Shown in pieces: positions 17,749-27,302 of a stretch of DNA of 64,000 nt. Each line of letters begins with the position of its first letter. The stretch's first letter is position 1. Source of the stretch: Prolixibacteraceae bacterium (GTDB taxonomy: Bacteria; Bacteroidota; Bacteroidia; Bacteroidales; Prolixibacteraceae). The notes under the pieces are model-generated. The model was not told where the DNA came from and did no database searches. It saw only the letters and a program-made list of their open reading frames with translations. Position numbers and translations under genes: made by a program. Location of the stretch: NCBI GenBank assembly GCA_019459485.1, contig JAIBEZ010000017.1, forward strand, positions 1,498 to 65,497, written 5' to 3'.

Positions 17749-18498
17749 TTATTTGTTTTTTATAATTTTTAAATAGTCTTCCGATAAACTCATCACTTTA
17801 TTTACAGTATCAGAGTCAATGATTAAAATATAAGCAACATTTAATAACATTAATTCATTGTTATTGTATTCTTCAATAAGGGGTTGATACTTGTCGAGGT
17901 ACATAATCCGCGATAAAATAGCACAGGTTGTCATCATTCCAGCAATGCCCCAGATTTGATGTGCCAACTCATACTTTTTCTTTTGATTATCAAGCGCCAA
18001 TTGAAACAGCTCTAATTTTTCACGAGCGGTCAGGTCGTTCAGGATTTCATACTGGGCAATTATGAGTTCATGCCTGACAATGTTGTCTATATACCTTCCA
18101 TTTTCTAAATCGGTATAGGATTGCCAGTCCCTGTTAAAATCCAATTGTTTGTACAAACTAATTAATCTCTGATATTTATCTCCCCTTCCAAACAACTCTT
18201 CAAGACCGTTGCACATTTCATAAACCTTGTCGAATCCACCTTGCAGATCAGACATTGTCCATATCAAGCTCATTTTTGGATAACTGATGCAGGATTTAAT
18301 CAATGCATCGGTTGAAAGGCAATGCAAGGTTTGTTCGGGAATCTTGAACATTTTTATCTGCTCATCAAAAGGTTTACCGAATGCAGCCTCAATCGGATAA
18401 ATGTAAGCTTGATCAAAAACTACTTCGCAGTTATTTTTCTTACAACCAATTACAAAGAAGAAAAAACACAATAACAATGAAATTTTTCTATAACCCAT
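17749..18498 (-). CDS. Hypothetical lipoprotein
   Basis: Start at MGYRKISLLLCFFFFVIGC with lipobox; visibly AT-rich DNA. Confidence 0.7.
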   Translation of the reverse strand: MGYRKISLLLCFFFFVIGCKKNNCEVVFDQAYIYPIEAAFGKPFDEQIKMFKIPEQTLHCLSTDALIKSCISYPKMSLIWTMSDLQGGFDKVYEMCNGLEELFGRGDKYQRLISLYKQLDFNRDWQSYTDLENGRYIDNIVRHELIIAQYEILNDLTAREKLELFQLALDNQKKKYELAHQIWGIAGMMTTCAILSRIMYLDKYQPLIEEYNNNELMLLNVAYILIIDSDTVNKVMSLSEDYLKIIKNK

Positions 18499-18742
18499 CT
18501 GAAAGGATTTTGTCATTCTCCATTACAATATTATTCATTGTGGGTGGTTTTTGTATAATATTCTGTTAATATAAATAGTAAGTTATGAATAACAAAATTT
18601 ATTTTGCCAGTTCAATTTTAATGTACTCATAGCTAGATTGTTAAAAATTCATGTTTCATAACACGAGTTAGATTAATTAGATTGAACAAAAAAAGAGGGT
18701 TGCTTTTTTGCGGTTTTGGGAATAAACAAAATAGTGAAAGTT

Positions 18743-19249
18743 TCAAATGGAAAACCTCCAAAGCCGATCTTTCCACTCGCCCGAGTACTCAATACCGACC
18801 CGTTTTGAAGTGCGTATTTCTGAAACAGGTTCTGCATCTTCCACCCAGATCCGTTGGGAATTAATCAGGCTTTCGCCGTAAAACGAGCGATCGAGTTGAA
18901 GTTCGCGTCCCACGCGTCCAGGTCCGGGAAAACCTTCGATACCGCGGATCAGCACTGCCGAAGCATCGCCTTCGCTGCCGGTCACGAAATTAAGTAACCA
19001 ATATTGGCCATATATAAGGTACACGTAAACGGTTCCGCCTTCCTGAAACATGACTTCGGTGCGCGGTGTTCGTCCTTTGCTGGCATGGCAGGCCAAATCT
19101 TCTGTTCCGCGGTAAGCTTCAACTTCGGTAATCATGTATTTCCCGATACTTCCGTCAGGAAAGCAACGGACCAGTTTTTTGCCAATCAGTTCAGGGGCAA
19201 CTTGCAGCACGTCGCGCAGGAAAAATTCAGGAAGAAGACGCGTATTCAT
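18743..19249 (-). CDS. mpg: DNA-3-methyladenine glycosylase (MPG/AAG family)
   Basis: ITEVEAY, DLACHA, GTVYVYLIYG, AVLIR, GPG, RVGI motifs. Confidence 0.92.
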   Translation of the reverse strand: MNTRLLPEFFLRDVLQVAPELIGKKLVRCFPDGSIGKYMITEVEAYRGTEDLACHASKGRTPRTEVMFQEGGTVYVYLIYGQYWLLNFVTGSEGDASAVLIRGIEGFPGPGRVGRELQLDRSFYGESLINSQRIWVEDAEPVSEIRTSKRVGIEYSGEWKDRLWRFSI

Positions 19250-19345
19250 GTTCCGGTTTTTAAATTTCAGGAGACCAATGATACAAATGTGATAAAAAAC
19301 AACAGAATAGCCCGAATTAATACTTGCAAATTAAAAAAAAGAAAA

Positions 19346-19353
19346 TACTTTTG
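19346..19353 (+). promoter_or_regulatory. Bacteroidota primary-sigma -7 element for the rplM operon
   Basis: TACTTTTG matches TAnnTTTG, about 160 nt upstream of rplM. Confidence 0.65.
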
Positions 19354-19511
19354 CAGTCCGATTATTGTCCTTACTTGCAGTTCATGTAAATAACTGAAAA
19401 TGTTGAGTGTGCAGATCTTATTAACAATTCCGGGTTAATAAATAACGGCGCTCTAAATGATTGAATTTTAATTTAATGCGAGTTAGTGTTTAATTTTTTA
19501 ATAATAAACAA

Positions 19512-19967
19512 GTGGATACACTAAGTTATAAAACCGTATCGGCAAACAGAGCCACGGTAACAAAAGAGTGGGTTCTTGTTGATGCTACAGATGTTGTTCT
19601 CGGACGTTTGGCCAGTAAAGTTGCCAAAATTCTAAGGGGAAAAAACAAACCAAGCTTCACGCCTCACGTTGACTGTGGTGATAACGTGGTTATCATCAAC
19701 GCTGAAAAAGTTCGTCTGACAGGAAACAAACTGAACGACAAAATTTATTTGAGCTATTCGGGCTATCCGGGTGGACAGAGAAAACAGACTCCGGCTGAGT
19801 TGATGGCCAAATATCCTGAAAGACTGATTGAAAAAGCAGTTAAAGGGATGTTGCCGAAAAACCGCCTGGGAAGTAAAATCTATGGCAACATGAAAGTTTA
19901 TGTTGGACCAGTTCACGATCAGGTTGCCCAGAGCCCAAAAGTAATTGATTTAAATACAATTAAATAA
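19512..19967 (+). CDS. rplM: 50S ribosomal protein L13
   Basis: WVLVDA..LGRLAS..LRGKNKPSFTPHVDCGD; GTG start. Confidence 0.98.
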   Translation: MDTLSYKTVSANRATVTKEWVLVDATDVVLGRLASKVAKILRGKNKPSFTPHVDCGDNVVIINAEKVRLTGNKLNDKIYLSYSGYPGGQRKQTPAELMAKYPERLIEKAVKGMLPKNRLGSKIYGNMKVYVGPVHDQVAQSPKVIDLNTIK

Positions 19968-19973
19968 TAACTA

Positions 19974-20360
19974 ATGGAAGTAGTAAACGCGTTAGGTCGT
20001 AGGAAATCTGCGGTAGCCAGAGTTTATGTGAGCGATGGCAAAGGAAAAATCACTATCAATAAAAGAGAATTGACTGAATATTTTCCAACCGGAATCCTGC
20101 AGTATGTTGTTTTGCAACCGTTGAATCTGTTAGGTGTTGCTGGTCAGTATGATATCAATGTGAACCTTGATGGTGGTGGTATCACCGGACAGGCTGAAGC
20201 ATTGCGTTTAGGAATTTCACGTGCAATGCTCGAAATTGTTCCTGAATCGAGAGCCGCTTTAAAAGCAGCCGGATTTTTGACAAGAGACCCACGTGAGGTT
20301 GAACGTAAAAAACCAGGTCAGCCAAAAGCACGCAAAAGATTCCAGTTCTCAAAACGTTAA
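19974..20360 (+). CDS. rpsI: 30S ribosomal protein S9
   Basis: [10 protein letters not shown]...[25 protein letters not shown]. Confidence 0.98.
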   Translation: MEVVNALGRRKSAVARVYVSDGKGKITINKRELTEYFPTGILQYVVLQPLNLLGVAGQYDINVNLDGGGITGQAEALRLGISRAMLEIVPESRAALKAAGFLTRDPREVERKKPGQPKARKRFQFSKR

Positions 20361-20486
20361 TATTTTTTATCCAAAAATATTCTGCTTTGGATCTAAATTG
20401 TCCAGACTTCCGCCCCGAGCACTCGGGGCAGAACTACCCGGCAATTGCTTTTCAAGAGATTATTTTTTTAACAAAAAAGTAAAAAG
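20361..20486 (+). promoter_or_regulatory. Putative structured rpsB leader (S2 autoregulation candidate)
   Basis: 126-nt intergenic with GCCCCGA/TCGGGGC hairpin at 20412-20429; assignment by position. Confidence 0.4.
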
Positions 20487-21338
20487 ATGCCAAGAACAAA
20501 TTTTCAAGATTTATTGGACGCAGGTGTTCACTTCGGACACTTGAGAAGAAAGTGGAACCCAAACATGGCCCCATATATTTTTATGGAGAAAAACGGGATT
20601 CACATTATCGATCTTCAGAAAACAATCGTCAAAGTTGACGAAGCCGCTGATGCAATTAAACAAATTGCAAAATCAGGTCGCAAAATTTTATTCGTAGCCA
20701 CAAAAAAACAAGCCAAAGACATTGTCGCTGACTTGGTTGGCAGTGTTAACATGCCTTACGTTACTGAACGCTGGCCAGGTGGTATGCTTACCAACTTTCC
20801 AACTATCCGTAAAGCGGTTAAGAAAATGATGACCATCGACAAGATGGCAAAAGACAACAGTTGGGATGTACTTTCAAAACGCGAAAAACTTCAGATTAGC
20901 CGTCAACGCGCTAAACTCGAAAAAATGCTTGGAAGTATTTCTGACCTGACCCGTCTTCCTGCAGCGCTTTTCATTGTTGATGTACTGAAAGAAAAGATCG
21001 CAGTTCGCGAAGCCAAAAGATTGGGTATCCCGGTTTTTGCAATGGTTGACACCAACTCTGACCCGGAAGGAATCGATTTCGTAATTCCTGCAAACGATGA
21101 TGCTTCTCAGTCGGTTAGCCTGATTGTTAAAGTTATTACCGATGCAATTCAGGAAGGTCTTTCGGAACGCAAAGTTGAACGCGACACCGATGGCGAAGAA
21201 AAAGAAGTTAGGGTAAAAAGAAAAAAACCAAGAGTTACTGACGAGCAAGATGCCCCTGCTATTGAAGAAGAAGTAGAGGAAGAAGAAGATGAAGATCTTG
21301 ATCATGAAGATGATGAGGATGAAGAAATTCATGAATAA
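20487..21338 (+). CDS. rpsB: 30S ribosomal protein S2 with long acidic tail
   Basis: LLDAGVHFGH..KWNPNM, RWPGGMLTNF, PANDDA. Confidence 0.98.
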   Translation: MPRTNFQDLLDAGVHFGHLRRKWNPNMAPYIFMEKNGIHIIDLQKTIVKVDEAADAIKQIAKSGRKILFVATKKQAKDIVADLVGSVNMPYVTERWPGGMLTNFPTIRKAVKKMMTIDKMAKDNSWDVLSKREKLQISRQRAKLEKMLGSISDLTRLPAALFIVDVLKEKIAVREAKRLGIPVFAMVDTNSDPEGIDFVIPANDDASQSVSLIVKVITDAIQEGLSERKVERDTDGEEKEVRVKRKKPRVTDEQDAPAIEEEVEEEEDEDLDHEDDEDEEIHE

Positions 21339-21368
21339 TCGTTCAATAACTTTTTAAATACAAAATAT

Positions 21369-22196
21369 ATGGAAATTAATGCAGCAGATGTAATGAAGTT
21401 GCGTAAAGCAACAGGTGCTGGCATGATGGATTGCAAAACAGCGTTGATGGAAGCCGAAGGCGATTTTAGCCGTGCGACCGAAATCATCCGCGAAAAAGGT
21501 AAACTGGTTGCCAGCAAAAGAGCTGACAGGGCCGCTAGCGAAGGAGTTGTACTTGCAAAAGTGAATGAATCAGGTAAATCAGGCGCTATATTGGTTTTAA
21601 ATTGCGAAACCGACTTCGTTGCTAAAAATGAAGCCTTTGTAAATTTTGCCCAAAGAATCCTTGATGCTGCCATTGCAAACAATGCAGCCGATCTGGACGC
21701 TGTTAAGGCGCTTGTTCTTGACGGTCGTACCGTTGAAAATCACGTGATCGAACAAACCGGTGTTATTGGCGAAAAACTTGATTTACCCTATTTTGCAAAA
21801 CTTGATGCAGAAACAGTAGTCGGATACATTCATCCAGGAAACAAATTATCGACCCTGGTTGGATTTAACAAAGCTGGTGTTGACGCGCATGTTGCAAAAG
21901 ATGTGGCCATGCAGGTTGCGGCTATGAACCCTGTTGCTGTTGACAAAGATGATGTTCCTGCCGAAGTTGTTGCAAAAGAACTGGAAATTGCCAAAGAAAA
22001 ATTCCGTCAGGAAGGCAAACCGGAAGCTATGCTCGATAAAATTTCGCAAGGCGCTTTGGCTAAATTCTTCAAAGAAAGTACTTTGTTGAATCAGGCTTTC
22101 ATCAAAGAAAACAAACAAACTGTTCAGGAATTCCTTCAGGGAACCGAAAAAGGGCTGACAGTTACAGCTTTCTACCGTTACAATCTTGGCGACTAA
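21369..22196 (+). CDS. tsf: Elongation factor Ts
   Basis: LRKATGAGMMDCK, NCETDFVA. Confidence 0.98.
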   Translation: MEINAADVMKLRKATGAGMMDCKTALMEAEGDFSRATEIIREKGKLVASKRADRAASEGVVLAKVNESGKSGAILVLNCETDFVAKNEAFVNFAQRILDAAIANNAADLDAVKALVLDGRTVENHVIEQTGVIGEKLDLPYFAKLDAETVVGYIHPGNKLSTLVGFNKAGVDAHVAKDVAMQVAAMNPVAVDKDDVPAEVVAKELEIAKEKFRQEGKPEAMLDKISQGALAKFFKESTLLNQAFIKENKQTVQEFLQGTEKGLTVTAFYRYNLGD

Positions 22197-22221
22197 TAAG
22201 TTATCGCAAGATTCAAAATAC

Positions 22222-22252
22222 AAAAGCCTTCCATTTCCGGAGGGCTTTTTTT
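22222..22252 (+). terminator. Intrinsic terminator of the rplM-tsf operon
   Basis: AAAAGCCTTCC / GGAGGGCTTTT plus T run. Confidence 0.8.
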
Positions 22253-22316
22253 ATAATGTCGTTTAGCCTGATTTGAAAGAATGTACTATCTTCGCAAGCG
22301 TTAAAATGCCCAAATA

Positions 22317-25300
22317 ATGAAAAACTTCAAACAACTGAACAATATTGCAGGCTGGGTCACTTTCCTGATCGCTGCTGTTGTGTATTTACTGACAATTGAA
22401 CCAACAACCAGTTTTTGGGATTGTGGTGAGTTTATAACCACTTCGTATAAACTGGAGGTCGGCCATCCGCCCGGCGCACCATTCTTTATGATATTGGGCA
22501 GGTTCTTTACCATTTTTGGCGGCGGACCATCACATGCAGCACTGATGATCAATGCCATGTCGGCCCTGGCCAGTGCGTTTACCATTTTGTTCCTGTTTTG
22601 GACGATCACCCATTTGGGCAGGAAATTGGTAAAAACCGCAGGTGAATTTTCATTGGGACAAACCATTGCTATCCTCGGAGCGGGCGCAGTCGGCGCTTTG
22701 TCATATACCTTTTCAGATACATTCTGGTTTTCGGCGGTCGAGGGCGAAGTATATGCTTCTTCGTCGCTGTTTACCGCAATGGTATTTTGGGCAATCCTGA
22801 AATGGGAAGATTCGGCCGATGAACCACACGCCAACCGCTGGATTATCCTGATAGCTTATCTTATGGGTCTTTCAATCGGCGTTCACCTTCTGAACCTTTT
22901 GGCAATTCCGGCAATTGTATTTGTCTATTATTTCCGCAAATACAAAGCTACCCGAAATGGGATTCTGATTAGTCTGGCCGTTTCTTTTGTAATTCTTGGA
23001 GTGGTGATGTACGGAATTATTCCCGGAGTAATAACCATTGCAACATGGTTTGAACTGATGTTTGTAAACGGACTCGGACTTCCATTTAGCACCGGTGTAA
23101 TTATTTATGCAATTCTTTTGGTTGCTGCATTGGTTTATGGAATTTATTATACAGTGCAAAAAAAACTTGTTCTCTGGAATACTGTTTTGATCAGCGTTGT
23201 TGTAATCCTGATAGGTTATTCATCGTTTGCAATGATTGTGATCCGTTCATCAGCCAATCCGCCGATGGATCAAAACAGTCCGGACAATGTTTTCGCATTG
23301 CTTGGATACCTGAACCGCGAGCAATATGGAGATCGTCCGCTGGTTTATGGCAGATATTACAACACTCCCTTAGATGAGAGAACTCCGTATGTTGACGACA
23401 AGCCTTATTACATTCAGAAAAACGGGAAATACGTAGTTGCCGATATGAGGCAAAAACCGGTTTTCAATTCAAACTATAGCACTCTTTTCCCACGAATGTA
23501 CAGCCGCGAGGATTCGCACATTCAGGCTTACAAACAATGGGCAGGAATTAAAGGCCGGAAAGTACAGATCGCCGATGAAGAGGGCCAAACCAAAACAATA
23601 CAAATTCCGACATTTGGTGAAAACCTGGTCTTTTTCTTCAGGTATCAGGTAAATCAGATGTATTTCAGGTATTTCATGTGGAATTTCGCCGGACGTCAGA
23701 ATGATATTCAAAGCCAGGGCGAAATCATGAATGGCAACTGGATTACCGGAATAAATTTTATTGACTCGCAACGGCTGGGCGACCAGGAAAATCTGCCAAC
23801 AGAGTTTAAAAACAACAAAGGGCGAAATGCCTATTACCTGCTTCCTTTGATTTTAGGAATTATCGGCATTGTATTCATGTACAACCGGGGCGCTGAAGGG
23901 CGCAAAAATTTGTGGGTTGTCTTTCTGTTGTTTTTCATGACCGGGCTGGCCATCGTTTTATACCTGAACCAATCGCCGCTTCAACCGCGTGAACGTGATT
24001 ATGCTTACGCCGGTTCGTTCTATGCATTTACAATTTGGATTGGCATCGGCGTGTTGTCGTTGTATGAAGGAATGAAAAAGTACCTTCCGGACACTACCAG
24101 CGCCGGCATTGCTACCGTTTTAGCGCTTCTGTTGGTGCCAACTTTGATGGCAGCCGAAAACTGGGACGACCACGACCGCTCTAACCGATATACCGCCCGT
24201 GATTTCGGAGCCAATTATCTGAATACCTGTGCACCAAATGCCATTATTTTTACGAATGGCGACAACGATACTTTCCCTCTTTGGTACAATCAGGAGGTAG
24301 AAGGAGTTCGGACTGACGTGAGGGTATGTAACCTGAGTTATTTCCAGACCGACTGGTACATCAGGCAAATGAAGAGCAAATCGTATGAGTCGGAACCACT
24401 TCCAATCAGTTTCACCGCCGACCAATACGTGCAGGGTAACCGTGATGTGGTTTACCTGATGGAAGATCCCCGGTTGAAAGGCTCTGTCGAACTTAAAAAA
24501 GCGCTTGATTTTGTAAAGGACGAAAACCCACGAACCAAACTCGAACAGGCTGATTTTGCTTCCTATATTCCATCTAAAAAATTGTTTTATGTGGTTGATA
24601 AAGCGGCTGTAATCAGGAATAAAGTAGTTGAACCGCAGGATTATGACAAGATTGTTGATACCATTACAATTGATTTGAGCGACAAACATTACATTACCAA
24701 AGACGAATTGATGGTTTTGGACATGATTGCCAACAACAACTGGGAACGTCCGATCTATTTTGCCATTACAATTGGCCGTGACAAATACATGAACCTTCAG
24801 GATTATTTTCAGTTGGAAGGACTTGCTTATAAACTTGTTCCGGTAAAATCTCAATCTGATGGAATTTCGTTCGGAATGGTTAATACAAGGTTGATGTATG
24901 CGAATGTGATGGAAAACTTCAAGTGGGGAAACATGAACGACCCGAATGTTTACATCGATGAAAATAACGCCCGGATGATGATGAACATTCGCAATACATT
25001 TGATCGTTTGGCCGAATCGCTTGTTGCCGAAGGGCAAAACGACAAGGCAATCAAAGTGCTCGATCGCGGTATTGAGCTGATTCCTCATAAGATTGTTCCT
25101 TACAACTACTTTTCGTTGCTGATGTCGGAAACATATTTTAAAGCTGGTCAGGCTGAAAAGGCAAAAGAAATTATTACTACCATGATGGACAGCTATAAAG
25201 AACAACTGGACTATTATTTCAAGATGAAACCGGCGATGCGCAATTCTGTTGACGACGACATCCAGCGGAACTTATATTTCATGCGTGAAATAAATATGAT

Positions 25301-25388
25301 TTGTAGCAGAAACAATCAACCTGAATTGCTGAAAGAAGTTTCGGCCACGTTTAACAGTTACATTGAAAGATACAGTTCACTAAAATAA
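22317..25388 (+). CDS. DUF2723 (TMEM260-like) polytopic membrane glycosyltransferase
   Basis: SFWDCGEFI, VGHPPGAPFF, AVEGEVYA, GDNDTFPLWY, RERDYAY. Confidence 0.88.
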   Translation: MKNFKQLNNIAGWVTFLIAAVVYLLTIEPTTSFWDCGEFITTSYKLEVGHPPGAPFFMILGRFFTIFGGGPSHAALMINAMSALASAFTILFLFWTITHLGRKLVKTAGEFSLGQTIAILGAGAVGALSYTFSDTFWFSAVEGEVYASSSLFTAMVFWAILKWEDSADEPHANRWIILIAYLMGLSIGVHLLNLLAIPAIVFVYYFRKYKATRNGILISLAVSFVILGVVMYGIIPGVITIATWFELMFVNGLGLPFSTGVIIYAILLVAALVYGIYYTVQKKLVLWNTVLISVVVILIGYSSFAMIVIRSSANPPMDQNSPDNVFALLGYLNREQYGDRPLVYGRYYNTPLDERTPYVDDKPYYIQKNGKYVVADMRQKPVFNSNYSTLFPRMYSREDSHIQAYKQWAGIKGRKVQIADEEGQTKTIQIPTFGENLVFFFRYQVNQMYFRYFMWNFAGRQNDIQSQGEIMNGNWITGINFIDSQRLGDQENLPTEFKNNKGRNAYYLLPLILGIIGIVFMYNRGAEGRKNLWVVFLLFFMTGLAIVLYLNQSPLQPRERDYAYAGSFYAFTIWIGIGVLSLYEGMKKYLPDTTSAGIATVLALLLVPTLMAAENWDDHDRSNRYTARDFGANYLNTCAPNAIIFTNGDNDTFPLWYNQEVEGVRTDVRVCNLSYFQTDWYIRQMKSKSYESEPLPISFTADQYVQGNRDVVYLMEDPRLKGSVELKKALDFVKDENPRTKLEQADFASYIPSKKLFYVVDKAAVIRNKVVEPQDYDKIVDTITIDLSDKHYITKDELMVLDMIANNNWERPIYFAITIGRDKYMNLQDYFQLEGLAYKLVPVKSQSDGISFGMVNTRLMYANVMENFKWGNMNDPNVYIDENNARMMMNIRNTFDRLAESLVAEGQNDKAIKVLDRGIELIPHKIVPYNYFSLLMSETYFKAGQAEKAKEIITTMMDSYKEQLDYYFKMKPAMRNSVDDDIQRNLYFMREINMICSRNNQPELLKEVSATFNSYIERYSSLK

Positions 25389-26029
25389 TGAAGTGTTTTG
25401 ATCCGAGGGTTCGTTTGCCGGGATTTTTCACTTCGCTTTTCAAGAGTGCTGTCTGGAGATTGGATGAAACCGAAAGGGTGGTTTACCTCACTTTCGATGA
25501 TGGGCCAATTCCAGAGGTGACTCCCTGGGTTCTTGAACTTCTGGAAAAGGAAGATATTAAGGCGACTTTCTTTTGTGTGGGCGAAAATGTTCAGAAATAT
25601 CCTGAAGTATATCATCGAATCCTGATGGGCGGCCATTCGGTTGGAAATCACACTTTCAATCATTTGCAGGGATTGGACAGCAACGATCATGATTTTTTCA
25701 GGAACATTGAAAAAGCTGGTGAATTTATTGATTCCGATCTTTTCAGGCCACCACACGGCTGGTTAAAATACACTCAGTACAAATTCCTGAAGAACAAGTT
25801 CAGGATTATAATGTGGGATTTGATTTCGTGCGATTACGACCGCCGGATAAAGCCTGAAAAGGTGCTGAAAAATGTGACTGATTTTGTGCGACCTGGTTCT
25901 ATTATAACGTTTCACGATTCAATAAAAGCAAAAAATAACCTGATGAAAGCGCTGCCTCTTTCGATAAAATGGATGAAAGAACAGGGTTATCGTTTTGAAG
26001 CTATTCCGTTTAATAAAAGAATAAAATGA
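25388..26029 (+). CDS. Polysaccharide deacetylase (NodB/CE4)
   Basis: LTFDDGP, GNHTFNH, FRPPHG, ITFHD. Confidence 0.92.
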   Translation: MKCFDPRVRLPGFFTSLFKSAVWRLDETERVVYLTFDDGPIPEVTPWVLELLEKEDIKATFFCVGENVQKYPEVYHRILMGGHSVGNHTFNHLQGLDSNDHDFFRNIEKAGEFIDSDLFRPPHGWLKYTQYKFLKNKFRIIMWDLISCDYDRRIKPEKVLKNVTDFVRPGSIITFHDSIKAKNNLMKALPLSIKWMKEQGYRFEAIPFNKRIK

Positions 26030-27297
26030 TAAATATTTTAATTGTCGGTTCAGGAGGAAGAGAACATGCAATGGCATGGAAAATTAAGCAATCACCAAAA
26101 CTGAACCAATTATTTATTGCACCGGGAAACGCCGGAACTTCACTTTTGGGAACCAACATTGAGGCGGACGTTTCAGACTTTGAAGCATTAAAAAAAGCCG
26201 TACTCGACAACCAAATTGACCTTGTGCTCGTTGGTCCCGAAGTTCCATTGTGCGAAGGATTACACGATTATTTTCTGGCTGACAGCAGCCTGCAACACAT
26301 AAAAGTAGTTGGCCCTCAGAAACTGGGCGCACAACTCGAAGGGAGCAAGGATTTTGCCAAGGAATTCATGGTGCGCCATCAGATTCCGACTGCAAAATAT
26401 TGTTCGGTTACTTCCGAAACACTCTCGGAGGGTCTGTCTTTCCTGAAAACCATGACAGCGCCATACGTTCTGAAAGCTGATGGACTGGCTGCCGGAAAAG
26501 GTGTTCTCATTATCGACGAACTTGCTGAAGCCGAAAATTCGCTGAAAGAAATGCTGGATGGCCAGTTTGGCGCAGCAAGCCAAAAAGTGGTGGTTGAAGA
26601 ATTTCTCAGCGGAATTGAATGCTCGGTTTTTGCCATTACCGATGGGAAAGACTATAAAATACTTCCGGTAGCAAAAGATTACAAACGCATTGGCGAAGGA
26701 GATACCGGCTTGAATACCGGTGGTATGGGCGCCATTTCGCCCGTTTCGTTCGCCGATGAAATATTCATGAACAAGGTTGAAGAACGGATCATCCGGCCAA
26801 CGGTTCAGGGATTGCAAAAGGATCAGATTCCATACAATGGCTTCCTCTTCTTTGGCCTGATCAGTGTAAAAGGCGAACCGATGGTAATCGAATACAATGT
26901 CCGCATGGGCGATCCTGAAACAGAAGCTGTAATGCTGCGCATCAAATCTGATTTTATGGATTTACTGATTGGTGCAGCTGATGGTACATTGGCTGAAAAA
27001 AGCATTGAGATTGATGAAAGAACTGTTGCTGCCGTAATGCTTGTTGCGGGAGGTTATCCCGGGCCATACGAAAAAGGGAAAGTCATTACCGGATTGGAAA
27101 ATGTAGAAAACAGTTTTGCATTTCATGCCGGAACAAATTACCGCAACGGAGAAATCTGTACGAATGGGGGACGGGTTATTGCAGTCAGTTCCTATGGCAA
27201 TTCTATGCAGGAAGCGCTTTCACTGTCGTACAAAAATGCACAGCTAATTAATTTCGAAGGTAAATATTTCCGGAAAGATCTGGGTTTTGATTTATAG
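26026..27297 (+). CDS. purD: Phosphoribosylamine-glycine ligase
   Basis: GSGGREHA, PGNAG, LKADGLAAGKGV, NTGGMG, EYNVRMGDPE. Confidence 0.97.
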   Translation: MINILIVGSGGREHAMAWKIKQSPKLNQLFIAPGNAGTSLLGTNIEADVSDFEALKKAVLDNQIDLVLVGPEVPLCEGLHDYFLADSSLQHIKVVGPQKLGAQLEGSKDFAKEFMVRHQIPTAKYCSVTSETLSEGLSFLKTMTAPYVLKADGLAAGKGVLIIDELAEAENSLKEMLDGQFGAASQKVVVEEFLSGIECSVFAITDGKDYKILPVAKDYKRIGEGDTGLNTGGMGAISPVSFADEIFMNKVEERIIRPTVQGLQKDQIPYNGFLFFGLISVKGEPMVIEYNVRMGDPETEAVMLRIKSDFMDLLIGAADGTLAEKSIEIDERTVAAVMLVAGGYPGPYEKGKVITGLENVENSFAFHAGTNYRNGEICTNGGRVIAVSSYGNSMQEALSLSYKNAQLINFEGKYFRKDLGFDL

Positions 27298-27302
27298 ACA
27301 TC

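Noticed and set aside
17640-18665. attC- or dif-like flanks around the AT-rich lipoprotein (ATTTCACAAC at 17679 versus GTTTCATAAC at 18653; ATTTAAC-containing 28-mer near 17715)
   Set aside because: Only 8/10 and about 15/28 matches in AT-rich DNA, no convincing attC stem, and no recombinase in the window.
24120-25205. 361-aa antisense ORF, and similar long shadows such as 14944..15630, 41770..42483 and 51168..51842
   Set aside because: They lie opposite well-supported genes, show no recognisable motifs and fit the usual reverse-frame shadow pattern.
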